Below, piece after piece: positions 15,353 to 24,477 of a stretch of DNA of 31,962 nucleotides (position 1 is its first letter; every line of letters begins with the position of its first letter). Source of the stretch: Oscillospiraceae bacterium (lineage in GTDB: Bacteria; Bacillota; Clostridia; Oscillospirales; Ruminococcaceae); NCBI GenBank assembly GCA_051881735.1, contig JBJEQL010000352.1, positions 1-31,962 on the forward strand, written 5' to 3'. The notes beneath the pieces were generated by a model that worked only from the letters and a program-made list of their open reading frames with translations, searched no databases and was not told the origin of the DNA. Position numbers and translations under genes: made by a program.

Positions 15353-16798
15353 ATGTCAGCATATATTCCTGTTATTGGTCTTGAAGTTCATGCCGAGCTT
15401 TTAACTAAATCAAAGGTTTTCTGTACCTGCAGCGCCGAATTCGGCGGCGGCAAGAACTCTCGCTGCTGCCCTGTATGCTCGGGTATGCCGGGAACACTTC
15501 CGGTTATCAACCAGACTGCTGTTGAGTACGCTGTAAAAGCAGGCTTTGCAATGGGCTGCGATATAAATAAATTCTCTGTATTTGACAGAAAAAACTATTT
15601 CTATCCCGACCTTCCGAAGGCTTATCAGATCTCACAGCTTAATCTTCCTCTCTGCATCAACGGCGTTGTTCCGATCGAGTATGAGGAAGACGGAGAAAAG
15701 AAAACCAAGAATATCAGAATTAACAGAATACACCTCGAAGAGGATGCAGGAAAGCTTATACATGATGATCTGAACGGCGTTTCTCTTGCAGACTATAACC
15801 GCTGCGGCGTTCCGCTTATCGAGATCGTAACCGAGCCGGATATGTCATCCGCTGCAGAAGCTAAGGCTTTTGTTGAAAAGGTATCACTCCTTCTTCAGTA
15901 TGCCGGCGTCTGCGACTGTAAAATGGAGCAGGGTTCTATTCGTGCCGATGTCAACGTTTCTATCATGAAGCCGACTGATACAGAGTTCGGTACAAGAACC
16001 GAGATGAAGAACCTTAACTCTATCAAGGCAATTGGTCGTGCTATCGATTTTGAGATCTACCGTCAGAGCAAGCTTCTTGATATGGGCAAAAAGGTAGTTC
16101 AGGAAACAAGACGTTTCGATGACAACCGCGGTGAAACAAAGGCAATGCGTTCAAAGGAAAACGCTCATGACTATCGTTATTTCCCTGAGCCTGATATTCT
16201 CCAGGTAAACTTTACTGACGAACAGCTTGATGCTATAAAGAATTCACTTCCCGAACTTCCTGCACAGCGTATCATAAGATATACAAACGAATATGGCTTG
16301 TCTGAAAATGATGCAAAGATACTTGTTGCAAACAAGATACTTTCCGATTTCTATGACGCTGCTGTAAAGGCTTATAATAATCCTAAGTCAATATGCAACT
16401 TCATCAACGGCGAGCTTATGAGAAGAATCAATCTTGGTGAGATCACACTTGAAAATCTTCCGTTTACTGCTGAACAGCTTGCTAAGCTCGTTGAAATGGC
16501 AGATACAGAAAAGGTTTCAAAGAATGACGCTAAGGATATCTTCAGAGAAATGTCCGATAAGGGCGGAGATCCTGAAACTATTGCCAAGGATAAGGGTCTG
16601 CTTATCAGCAACGACCTTGGAAAGGTTGCTGAGGTCATCGATAAAGTCCTTGCAGAGAACGAAAAGGCTGTCGCTCAGTATAAGGGCGGTGATATGAAGG
16701 TATTCGGCTTCATTATGGGTCAGTGTACAAAGGCTCTCAAGGGCGTATGCACACCGAAGGTCATTAAGGAAGAACTTGAAAAGAAACTCAAATCCTAA
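15353..16798 (+). CDS. gatB: Asp/Glu-tRNA amidotransferase subunit B
   Basis: IGLEVHAEL, RKNYFYPDLPKAYQISQ, HLEEDAGK, PLIEIVTEPD, DYRYFPEPD, C-terminal YqeY-like tail. Confidence 0.96.
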   Translation: MSAYIPVIGLEVHAELLTKSKVFCTCSAEFGGGKNSRCCPVCSGMPGTLPVINQTAVEYAVKAGFAMGCDINKFSVFDRKNYFYPDLPKAYQISQLNLPLCINGVVPIEYEEDGEKKTKNIRINRIHLEEDAGKLIHDDLNGVSLADYNRCGVPLIEIVTEPDMSSAAEAKAFVEKVSLLLQYAGVCDCKMEQGSIRADVNVSIMKPTDTEFGTRTEMKNLNSIKAIGRAIDFEIYRQSKLLDMGKKVVQETRRFDDNRGETKAMRSKENAHDYRYFPEPDILQVNFTDEQLDAIKNSLPELPAQRIIRYTNEYGLSENDAKILVANKILSDFYDAAVKAYNNPKSICNFINGELMRRINLGEITLENLPFTAEQLAKLVEMADTEKVSKNDAKDIFREMSDKGGDPETIAKDKGLLISNDLGKVAEVIDKVLAENEKAVAQYKGGDMKVFGFIMGQCTKALKGVCTPKVIKEELEKKLKS

Positions 16799-16819
16799 TT
16801 ATGAAAGGTTGTTTTTGAA

Positions 16820-18136
16820 ATGGTTAAAGTTGGCGGAAATGATCTGCTCAATGAGTTTGACCTTGAGGATGCTCTCTCAAAGGTCGGACAGGAAATCGAA
16901 GTCTGCGCCTGCGTTCACAGCGTAAAGCAGATGAGCGGTTTTGCATTTGTTACACTTCGTACAGCACGTTATCTTATCCAGTCGATTTACAGCGCAGAAA
17001 ACTGCTCCGATCCGCTAGACGGCGTAAAGGAAGGCTGCTTTGTAAAGGTCAAGGCTGAAGTTAAGAAAGAGGACAGAGCATTCAACGGTATCGAGCTTAC
17101 ACTCAAAAACATTGAGATCGTATCTAAACCGGATTATGAATACCCTCTCCATGTTTCAAAAAGAAGACTCGGCTGTTCGCTTGATGTAAACCTCGATAAC
17201 AGAAGCGTTGCACTCAGAAATCCTTATGAAAGAGCAACATTCAAATTCCAGGAGGGCGTTGTTTCAGGATTCAGACAGTTTATGCTGGATAACAAATTTA
17301 CCGAGATCCATACTCCTAAGATCGTAGCTCAGGGTGCAGAAGGCGGCGCAAACATTTTCCATCTTGACTATTTCCAGAAGGATGCTTTCCTGAACCAGTC
17401 GCCGCAGTTCTATAAGCAGACAGCTGTTGCATTTTTTGACAGAGTTTTTGAAATTGCGCCTGTTTACCGTGCAGAACGTCATGCAACATCAAGACATCTT
17501 AACGAATATATCGGTCTTGACTTTGAAATGGGATACATCAACGATATGTATGACGTAATGAACATGGAAACCGCTATGCTCCGTTACCTTATGCAGTATC
17601 TTAAAGAAAACTATCAGCCTGAGATCAAGATCCTTGATGCTGATATCCCCGAGATCACCGAGATCCCTGCGATCAAATTTGAGGAAGCTGTTGAGCTTAT
17701 CAAGGGCAGCCGTTCCAAGAACAAATTTGACCTTGAACCGGAAGATGAAGTTTTCCTTTGCGAATGGGCAAAGAAAGAGTACGGCACAGAGTTTATTTTT
17801 GTAACAAATTTCCCGTCCTCAAAGCCTCCGTTCTATGCAATGAACGATAAGGAAGACCCGAGAACTGCCTGCAAGTTTGATCTTCTTTTCAGAGGGCTTG
17901 AGATCACAACAGGCGGTCAGCGTATCCATAACTATGATGAACAAATCGAAAAAATGAAGGCACAGGGACTCAATCCCGAGGACTTTAAATCATATCTTGA
18001 AGTTCATAAGTATGGTTTGCCTCCTCACGGCGGTCTTGGAATCGGACTTGAAAGACTTGTTATGAAGCTTTTGAACCAGCAGAATATCCGTCAGGCTTCA
18101 ATGTTCCCGAGAGATCTTAACAGACTTCTTCCATAA
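16820..18136 (+). CDS. aspS: Short archaeal-type aspartyl-tRNA synthetase, probably non-discriminating (Asp/Asn)
   Basis: 438 aa without the bacterial GAD insertion; AEGGA, LNQSPQFYKQ, motif 2 YRAERHATSRHLNEY, motif 3 PPHGGLGIGLERL; cotranscribed with gatCAB. Confidence 0.88.
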   Translation: MVKVGGNDLLNEFDLEDALSKVGQEIEVCACVHSVKQMSGFAFVTLRTARYLIQSIYSAENCSDPLDGVKEGCFVKVKAEVKKEDRAFNGIELTLKNIEIVSKPDYEYPLHVSKRRLGCSLDVNLDNRSVALRNPYERATFKFQEGVVSGFRQFMLDNKFTEIHTPKIVAQGAEGGANIFHLDYFQKDAFLNQSPQFYKQTAVAFFDRVFEIAPVYRAERHATSRHLNEYIGLDFEMGYINDMYDVMNMETAMLRYLMQYLKENYQPEIKILDADIPEITEIPAIKFEEAVELIKGSRSKNKFDLEPEDEVFLCEWAKKEYGTEFIFVTNFPSSKPPFYAMNDKEDPRTACKFDLLFRGLEITTGGQRIHNYDEQIEKMKAQGLNPEDFKSYLEVHKYGLPPHGGLGIGLERLVMKLLNQQNIRQASMFPRDLNRLLP

Positions 18137-18261
18137 GGATGAAAATGCAATTTTACAGCATTGAATTTTCAAAAAATAGCTAAATTTACAATAATTTCTG
18201 TTAATAAAACAGAGATTATGCAAGAATTCAAAAATTTTTCTGCATTTTTTGAAAAAAGGTA

Positions 18262-18290
18262 TTGACAAATCAGTTTTTATAGTGTATTAT
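18262..18290 (+). promoter_or_regulatory. Sigma-A promoter of glnA
   Basis: TTGACA, 17 nt, TATTAT. Confidence 0.8.
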
Positions 18291-18315
18291 ATAACTGTAA
18301 TCAATTTTAATACAA

Positions 18316-18369
18316 GAAGCAATGACGCTTCAGCAGATGGGAATACTGTCTGCTGGGGCGCTTTTTGTT
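18316..18369 (+). promoter_or_regulatory. ANTAR-type antitermination element (hexaloop hairpin overlapping a leader terminator)
   Basis: GAAGC-AATGAC-GCTTC (loop A1, G4). Its 3' arm is also the 5' arm of a 15-bp terminator stem (18326-18360) followed by CTTTTTGTT, upstream of the glnA RBS. Confidence 0.7.
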
Positions 18370-18395
18370 ATCTTTTGATTGGGAGGAAATTTATT

Positions 18396-20504
18396 ATGTC
18401 AGAGTCAGTTAATCAGGGAGTTAAAAGTGTTCCGGATTATTTCGGATGCAACGTTTTTAACGAGGATGTCATGAAAGCAAGACTTCCTAAGAATGTTTAC
18501 AAGTCTTTGCTTAAAACAAAGCAGCTCGGCACACCGCTCGATACAGATGTTGCTGAAGTTGTTGCTTCTGCAATGAAGGAATGGGCAATTGAAAAGGGTG
18601 CAACTCACTATACTCATTGGTTCCACCCGATGACCGGTGTTACTGCCGAAAAGCACGATTCATTCATTTCTCCTACATCCGATGGAAAGGTTATAATGGA
18701 ATTCTCGGGTAAAGAGCTTATCAAGGGCGAACCTGATGCTTCTTCTTTCCCCTCAGGCGGACTTCGTGCAACATTTGAAGCAAGAGGTTATACAGCTTGG
18801 GACCCGACTTCACCTGCATTTGTTAAGGATGGATCTCTTTATATTCCTACAGCATTCTGTTCTTATACAGGTGAGATCCTCGATAAGAAAACACCGCTTC
18901 TCCGTTCAATGGAAGTTCTTTCCGAGCAGGCTCTCCGTATTGTAAGACTTTTCGGAAATACAACTGCAACAAGAGTTACAACAACAGTTGGTCCTGAACA
19001 GGAATACTTCCTCGTAGACAAGAAGCTTTACGATCAGCGTGAAGACCTTATCCTCACAGGCAGAACACTCTTTGGCGCAAAGGCACCTAAGGGTCAGGAA
19101 CTTGAGGATCACTACTTCGGTAATATCAAAACAAGAGTTCAGGAATACATGAAGGATCTCGATGAAGAGCTTTGGAAGCTTGGTATCTGCTCCAAGACAA
19201 AGCACAACGAGGTTGCTCCTTCACAGCACGAAATGGCTCCTATCTTCACAACTTCAAACGTTGCTGCCGATCAGAACGCTCTTACAATGGAGATCATGAA
19301 GAAGGTTGCTCTCCGTCACGGATTTGTTTGCCTCCTTCACGAAAAGCCTTATGCAGGTGTAAACGGCTCAGGTAAGCACAATAACTGGTCTATGTCCACA
19401 AATGATGGTCAGAACCTCCTTGAACCGGGCGATAACCCTAAGGAAAACTTCCAGTTCCTCACAGTTCTCTGCGCTGTTATCAAGGCTGTTGATGAATATG
19501 CAGATCTCCTCAGAATCTCTGTTGCATCTGCAGGCAATGATCACCGTCTTGGCGCTAACGAAGCACCTCCTGCTATCATCTCAATGTTCCTCGGTGATGA
19601 GCTTCAGCAGATCGTTGACGCTCTTGAATCCGGAAAGATGATCAAGGAAAACAATGATAAGGAATTTGTAATCGGCGTTGACGCTCTTCCTAACTTCCCG
19701 AAGGATACAACAGACAGAAACAGAACTTCTTCCTTTGCATTCACAGGAAATAAGTTTGAGTTCCGTTCACTTGGTTCTGCTGATACAATTTCCTGCACAA
19801 ACTATATCCTTAACACTATCGTTGCAAAGGAATTCAAGGAATTCGCTGATGAACTTGAAAAGTCCACAGATTTTGCAAATGATCTTAACAAGCTCCTTGT
19901 AAAGACTATCAAGGAACACAAGAGAGTTATCTTCAACGGCAACGGCTATGATGATGCTTGGGTTGAAGAAGCTAAGAGAAGAGGACTTCCTAACTATGTT
20001 TCAACCGTTGACGCTGTTGAGCATTACAACGATGAAAAGAATATCAAGCTCTTTGAAGAGTTCAAGGTTCTTTCCAAGACAGAAGTTGAGTCCAGAAGAG
20101 AGATCATTCTTGAAAACTACTCCAAGATCATCAATATTGAAGCTCTCACAATGCTCGATATGTCTAAGAAGCAGATCGTACCTACTGCATTCAAGTTCTC
20201 AAAGCAGCTTGCTGATTCCATGGTTTCCAAGAAGGAGATCGGCGTAAACTATGACGCTGAAAAGAGACTTGCCGATAAGGTATCCTCTCTCACCAATGAA
20301 ATTCTTGCAGCTGTTGATGTACTTGATACCAAGCTTATCGACAGCAAGGAAAAGACCGATACTCTTGAAAATGCAAGATTCTTCAGAGAAGATGTATTCA
20401 GCGCAATGCAGTCGCTCAGAGCAGTTGTTGATGAACTCGAAACAATCACACCGGCTGAGATGTGGCCATTCCCTACATATACACAGCTTCTCTTCACAGA
20501 ATAA
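18396..20504 (+). CDS. glnA: Glutamine synthetase type III (702 aa; start moved to 18396)
   Basis: [55 protein letters not shown]; GGGAGG RBS before ATG 18396. Confidence 0.95.
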   Translation: MSESVNQGVKSVPDYFGCNVFNEDVMKARLPKNVYKSLLKTKQLGTPLDTDVAEVVASAMKEWAIEKGATHYTHWFHPMTGVTAEKHDSFISPTSDGKVIMEFSGKELIKGEPDASSFPSGGLRATFEARGYTAWDPTSPAFVKDGSLYIPTAFCSYTGEILDKKTPLLRSMEVLSEQALRIVRLFGNTTATRVTTTVGPEQEYFLVDKKLYDQREDLILTGRTLFGAKAPKGQELEDHYFGNIKTRVQEYMKDLDEELWKLGICSKTKHNEVAPSQHEMAPIFTTSNVAADQNALTMEIMKKVALRHGFVCLLHEKPYAGVNGSGKHNNWSMSTNDGQNLLEPGDNPKENFQFLTVLCAVIKAVDEYADLLRISVASAGNDHRLGANEAPPAIISMFLGDELQQIVDALESGKMIKENNDKEFVIGVDALPNFPKDTTDRNRTSSFAFTGNKFEFRSLGSADTISCTNYILNTIVAKEFKEFADELEKSTDFANDLNKLLVKTIKEHKRVIFNGNGYDDAWVEEAKRRGLPNYVSTVDAVEHYNDEKNIKLFEEFKVLSKTEVESRREIILENYSKIINIEALTMLDMSKKQIVPTAFKFSKQLADSMVSKKEIGVNYDAEKRLADKVSSLTNEILAAVDVLDTKLIDSKEKTDTLENARFFREDVFSAMQSLRAVVDELETITPAEMWPFPTYTQLLFTE

Positions 20505-20510
20505 TTGACA

Positions 20511-20657
20511 ATTTCTCATCCCCGGGATGTAAGATATGCGCCTGAACCGTATATCAATACATTAATATCGGTTTCCGATTATGCCATTCGGAAACCGGTA
20601 TCACTCACTTTACAGCGGCGGATAGGCTGTCCCTGAACCTATCCGCCATCTCCCTTT
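20511..20657 (+). ncRNA. Candidate 6S-like (SsrS) RNA, short or atypical
   Basis: Blocks in 6S order: GGGATG (20524), CCTGAACCGTATATCAATAC (20541), 14-bp terminal stem 20565-20601, CACTCACTT (20602), AGCGG-CGGATAGGC, CATCTC (20647); terminator directly after. A competing 10-bp hairpin (20617-20647) lowers confidence. Confidence 0.45.
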
Positions 20658-20696
20658 AAAAAATGCACGTCGGTGAAATATCCGGCGTGTTTTTGT
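20658..20696 (+). terminator. Intrinsic terminator after glnA and the structured RNA
   Basis: GCACGTCGG-TGAAATAT-CCGGCGTGT followed by TTTTG, with an A-run upstream. Confidence 0.8.
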
Positions 20697-20796
20697 ATTT
20701 TTGGAATATAGTTATTATCATTTTGCACAGTTTTTTAGTAAAATAAGAACATTTACAACAAATTTGAATTAAAAGCATTCAATTGTTTGAAAAGAC

Positions 20797-20825
20797 TTGC
20801 CAAAATCTTATAAATGTAGTATAAT
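20797..20825 (+). promoter_or_regulatory. Sigma-A promoter of glyA
   Basis: TTGCCA, 17 nt, TATAAT. Confidence 0.75.
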
Positions 20826-20862
20826 AAAACCATATATTTATATCTTGAAAGGGAGTTTTGCT

Positions 20863-22116
20863 ATGTACGAAAATATTATGGATACGATCGGTTTTGTAAA
20901 AAATGCTGACCCCGAGGTCGGCAGCGCAATGGAGCTTGAACTCGGCAGACAGCGCAGAAATCTTGAACTTATTGCAAGCGAAAATATCGTTACTCCTGCT
21001 GTTATGGCAGCAATGGGCAGCGTTCTTACCAATAAATATGCTGAGGGCTATCCCGGAAAGCGTTATTACGGCGGCTGCGAAGATGTTGATATTGTTGAGA
21101 ATATCGCAATCGAAAGAGCAAAGAAGCTTTTTGGCGCAGAATTTGCCAATGTTCAGCCACATTCGGGCGCTCAGGCTAACACTGCTGTTTATATGGCTCT
21201 CCTTCAGCCCGGCGATACTGTTATGGGTATGTCCCTTGCTCACGGCGGTCATCTTACTCACGGTTCACCTGTTAACATCTCGGGCAAGTACTTCAACTTC
21301 ACATCCTACGGCGTGAATGACGAGGGTTACATTGATTATGAGGAGCTTTATAAGGCTGCCAACAAGTGCAAGCCTAAGCTCATTGTAGCAGGTGCGTCCG
21401 CATATCCAAGAAAAATTGATTTTGAGAAGCTTTCTTCAATTGCAAGAGCAGTGGGTGCATATCTTATGGTAGATATGGCTCACATTGCAGGTCTTGTTGC
21501 TGCAGGTCAGCATCAGTCTCCCGTTCCTTACGCTGACATTGTAACAACAACTACTCACAAGACCCTCAGAGGTCCAAGAGGCGGTCTTATCCTTACAAAC
21601 AACGAGTATCTTGCTAAGAAGATCAACTCTGCTATCTTCCCGGGAACACAGGGCGGCCCTCTTATGCACGTTATCGCAGGTAAGGCTGTTTGCTTCGGCG
21701 AGGCTCTCAAGCCCGAATTTAAGGAATACGGCAAGAACATCGTTGCAAACGCACAGGCTCTTGCAAAGGGACTTCTTGACAGAGGCTTCGATCTCGTTTC
21801 CGGCGGTACGGATAACCACCTTATGCTTGTTGACCTTCGTCCTTTCAAGCTTACAGGTAAAGAATTCGAGCATCGTCTTGACGAGGTTTATATCACAGTT
21901 AATAAGAATGCTATCCCGAATGACCCTGAAAAGCCGTTTGTTACAAGCGGTATCAGAGTAGGTACTCCTGCAGTTACAACACGAGGACTCGACACAACGG
22001 ATATGGAGAAGATCGCAGAGTTTATGTATCTTGCAGCAACCGATTTCGACGCTAAGGCTGACGAGATCAGAGCCGGCGTAAACGAGATCTGTGCAAAGCA
22101 TCCTCTTTATATGTAA
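20863..22116 (+). CDS. glyA: Serine hydroxymethyltransferase (417 aa; start moved to 20863)
   Basis: [55 protein letters not shown]; GGGAG RBS. Confidence 0.97.
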   Translation: MYENIMDTIGFVKNADPEVGSAMELELGRQRRNLELIASENIVTPAVMAAMGSVLTNKYAEGYPGKRYYGGCEDVDIVENIAIERAKKLFGAEFANVQPHSGAQANTAVYMALLQPGDTVMGMSLAHGGHLTHGSPVNISGKYFNFTSYGVNDEGYIDYEELYKAANKCKPKLIVAGASAYPRKIDFEKLSSIARAVGAYLMVDMAHIAGLVAAGQHQSPVPYADIVTTTTHKTLRGPRGGLILTNNEYLAKKINSAIFPGTQGGPLMHVIAGKAVCFGEALKPEFKEYGKNIVANAQALAKGLLDRGFDLVSGGTDNHLMLVDLRPFKLTGKEFEHRLDEVYITVNKNAIPNDPEKPFVTSGIRVGTPAVTTRGLDTTDMEKIAEFMYLAATDFDAKADEIRAGVNEICAKHPLYM

Positions 22117-22137
22117 TTTTCGCAGAGATTAATAAAG

Positions 22138-22163
22138 TCGGGGAACGGTTATTTCCGTTCCCC
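22138..22163. terminator. Stem-loop between glyA and rarA
   Basis: TCGGG(G)AACGG-TTATTT-CCGTTCCCGA flanked by A-runs; the U-tail is better on the minus strand. Confidence 0.5.
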
Positions 22164-22195
22164 GATAAAAATGTCGAAAAGGGGAGGACTGTGCT

Positions 22196-23482
22196 ATGAA
22201 TATACCGCTTGCCGACAGAATACGTCCGAAAACCCTTGACGATGTTGTCGGTCAGAAGCATATCCTAGGCGATGGAAAGCCGCTCAGAAGGATCATTGAA
22301 AACGGAACGATCCCGAATATGATCTTTTATGGAAGTGCAGGTGTAGGAAAAACCACAGTTGCACGCATTATTGCCGAAAATGCAGGTATGAAACTGCATA
22401 AGCTAAACGGAACATCAGCTTCTATCGCAGATATAAAAGAAGTCATCGAGGATACAAATACCCTTGACGGAATAGGCGGTATTCTTTTATATCTTGATGA
22501 GATACAGTATCTTAACAAAAAACAGCAGCAGTCGCTGCTTGAATATATCGAAAACGGACAGATCACTTTGATCGCATCCACTACCGAAAATCCGTATTTT
22601 TATGTATATAACGCAATTATAAGCCGTTCGACGGTTTTTGAGTTTAAGCCCGTGACAGCGGAGGAACTCATACCTGCTGTCAATCGTGCATTCCGACTTG
22701 CCGCAGAACAGCTTGGGTTACCCGTTAAAGTTGAAAAAGGCGCAGCAGAGTATATTGCAAGGGGCTGCGGCGGAGATGTCCGTAAGTCAATCAATACAGC
22801 AGAATTATGCGTCCTTTCGGGCGAAAATAACGGCTCTGAAATACGCATTTCAAAGGAAATTGCCGAAGAGCTCACACAGCGCAGCAATATGAAATATGAC
22901 CGTGACGGAGATCAGCATTACGATATCCTGTCAGCATTACAGAAGTCGATTAGGGGTTCGGACGAGAATGCAGCGATACACTATGCCGCACGGCTTATTG
23001 AAACAGGGGATATAATATCTCTTTCACGTCGTCTGCTTGTTATCGCCAGCGAGGATATCGGATTGGCTTATCCGCAGGCAGTACCAATAGTTAAGGCGTG
23101 TGTTGACAGCGCAATGCAGCTTGGTCTGCCCGAAGCGAGAATACCACTTGCTGAAGCAGTAATTCTGCTTGCAACCGCACCGAAATCAAATTCAGCATAT
23201 ATGGCGATAAATGCGGCACTTGAGGATATTAAAAACGGCGAAATAGGCGATTTTCCTCGCCATCTTCAAAACAAGCATTTTGACGGCGAGGGTGCAGCGG
23301 TCAAAGGTCAGCATTACCTTTATCCGCATGATTACCCCAATCATTATGTTAAACAGCAATACCTGCCCGACCCTCTGAAAAACAAGGTTTATTATCACTT
23401 CGGTGAGAATAAAAACGAGCAGGCTGCACTTGCTTACAGAAATAAAATACTTGCCGATGAGGAAAGGCGTCAGCCGAAATAG
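22196..23482 (+). CDS. rarA: Replication-associated recombination protein A (MgsA/RarA AAA+ ATPase)
   Basis: PLADRIRP, FYGSAGVGKTT, LDEIQ, ASTTENPYF, LQKSIRGSD, ASEDIGLA, YLYPHDYP. Confidence 0.93.
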   Translation: MNIPLADRIRPKTLDDVVGQKHILGDGKPLRRIIENGTIPNMIFYGSAGVGKTTVARIIAENAGMKLHKLNGTSASIADIKEVIEDTNTLDGIGGILLYLDEIQYLNKKQQQSLLEYIENGQITLIASTTENPYFYVYNAIISRSTVFEFKPVTAEELIPAVNRAFRLAAEQLGLPVKVEKGAAEYIARGCGGDVRKSINTAELCVLSGENNGSEIRISKEIAEELTQRSNMKYDRDGDQHYDILSALQKSIRGSDENAAIHYAARLIETGDIISLSRRLLVIASEDIGLAYPQAVPIVKACVDSAMQLGLPEARIPLAEAVILLATAPKSNSAYMAINAALEDIKNGEIGDFPRHLQNKHFDGEGAAVKGQHYLYPHDYPNHYVKQQYLPDPLKNKVYYHFGENKNEQAALAYRNKILADEERRQPK

Positions 23483-24402
23483 CTTTCAATCAGCTTTCCC
23501 GAATTCGGTGACGAATATACCCAGTGTGAAATATGATCTTCGTTATAAAAATACTTGAATGAAGGTTCTTTTCGGTTATCCTTGAATACGTCAACGATGA
23601 TGAGTTTAACTTTCATCTTTTCGGGGATAACAGCTTTTATGTAAACGCTTGCATTGTCGCCTGCCTGAATGTTTTCTTTAGGTTCGGCAAGGCCTGCAAG
23701 GTTAGGCGCAAGCTCAACAAAAATCCCATAATCTTCAACCGAGCGTACCGTTCCTGATACTGTTTCTCCGCAATTGAATTGTGCTGCGTTTTCTTCCCAA
23801 GTTCCAAGCAGCTCTTTGTGTGAAAGCAGTATTTTTCCGCCGCTTGTGCCTTTGATTATGACTTTTATGTTCTGATATGGCGTAAAACGGTCGGACGGGT
23901 GGGAAATTCTTGAAATTGAAATGGAATCTATAGGAATAAGCGACGGAATTCCGCACCCGATATCTACAAATGCTCCGAACTGTTCAAGATGTGTGACCTT
24001 TGCAGGAATGATATCCCCGGGACAAAGCGAGGAAATAAAGTTTTCCATACATTCTTCCTGAACTGCACGCCTCGACAGAACAGCAGTAAAGTTTCCGTCA
24101 GGATTTTTTAAAAGTTTAAGGATCTTAAAGCAAACGGGCTTGTTGACCTTGGTTATAAGTGCGATATCTTTGGTCGTTCCGTCTTCTATGCCGATCGCGC
24201 CCTCTATTCTTGGAATTATTCCCTTAGGGCAGTTTGGACATGGCAGTTCAACGATAAGATTGTGTTCATTGTCGCATACAACGGTGCGAGCTTCAAGTAT
24301 TTTTCCCTGAACCATTGAGTCTTGAAGTGAAAAAATGCTTTTCATTGCTGCAGTATTTTCGGGAGAACCGATAAGCGTTCCCTCGGGGTAGTAGTTGTTC
24401 AT
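23470..24402 (-). CDS. Multi-S1-domain RNA-binding protein (310 aa; start moved to 24402)
   Basis: Two clear S1 repeats (GDIIPAKVTHLEQFGAFVDIG; GETVSGTVRSVEDYGIFVEL) plus a degenerate N-terminal one; GGGAGG RBS before ATG 24402. Confidence 0.85.
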   Translation of the reverse strand: MNNYYPEGTLIGSPENTAAMKSIFSLQDSMVQGKILEARTVVCDNEHNLIVELPCPNCPKGIIPRIEGAIGIEDGTTKDIALITKVNKPVCFKILKLLKNPDGNFTAVLSRRAVQEECMENFISSLCPGDIIPAKVTHLEQFGAFVDIGCGIPSLIPIDSISISRISHPSDRFTPYQNIKVIIKGTSGGKILLSHKELLGTWEENAAQFNCGETVSGTVRSVEDYGIFVELAPNLAGLAEPKENIQAGDNASVYIKAVIPEKMKVKLIIVDVFKDNRKEPSFKYFYNEDHISHWVYSSPNSGKLIESYFG

Positions 24403-24445
24403 TTTGTACCTCCCATATTTTGGCGTAAATTTAATTTGCTTTTCA

Positions 24446-24474
24446 AGTTTATGCCGTGATATGGAAATATATGC
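24446..24474 (-). promoter_or_regulatory. Sigma-E-like promoter of the S1-domain gene
   Basis: Minus strand reads gCATA, 16 nt, CATAAACT; same geometry as the promoter at 7766-7794. Confidence 0.55.
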
Positions 24475-24477
24475 CAT

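Noticed and set aside
18249-18395. 49-aa N-terminal extension of GlnA in the ORF track (similar extensions for murD, glyA, the S1 gene, SLT, M18 and 2716-2754)
   Set aside because: They overlap promoters, leader structures or upstream genes; better RBSs precede the downstream starts.
20536-20565. Mini-ORF MRLNRISIH, and minus-strand MADRFRDSLSAAVK at 20605-20649
   Set aside because: No properly spaced RBS; the sequence is better explained by RNA structure.
20826-20862. ZTP or glycine riboswitch upstream of glyA
   Set aside because: Only ~35 nt between -10 and start codon; no aptamer sequence.
21436-22101. Long antisense ORFs (also 8681-9295, 12908-13393, 28555-29043, 29323-29913, 30329-31012 and shorter ones)
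   Set aside because: Shadow frames of conserved, codon-biased housekeeping genes; no RBS or recognisable motifs.
22171-22177. Perfect Spo0A box TGTCGAA upstream of rarA
   Set aside because: A single 7-mer is expected several times by chance in 32 kb; no promoter context.
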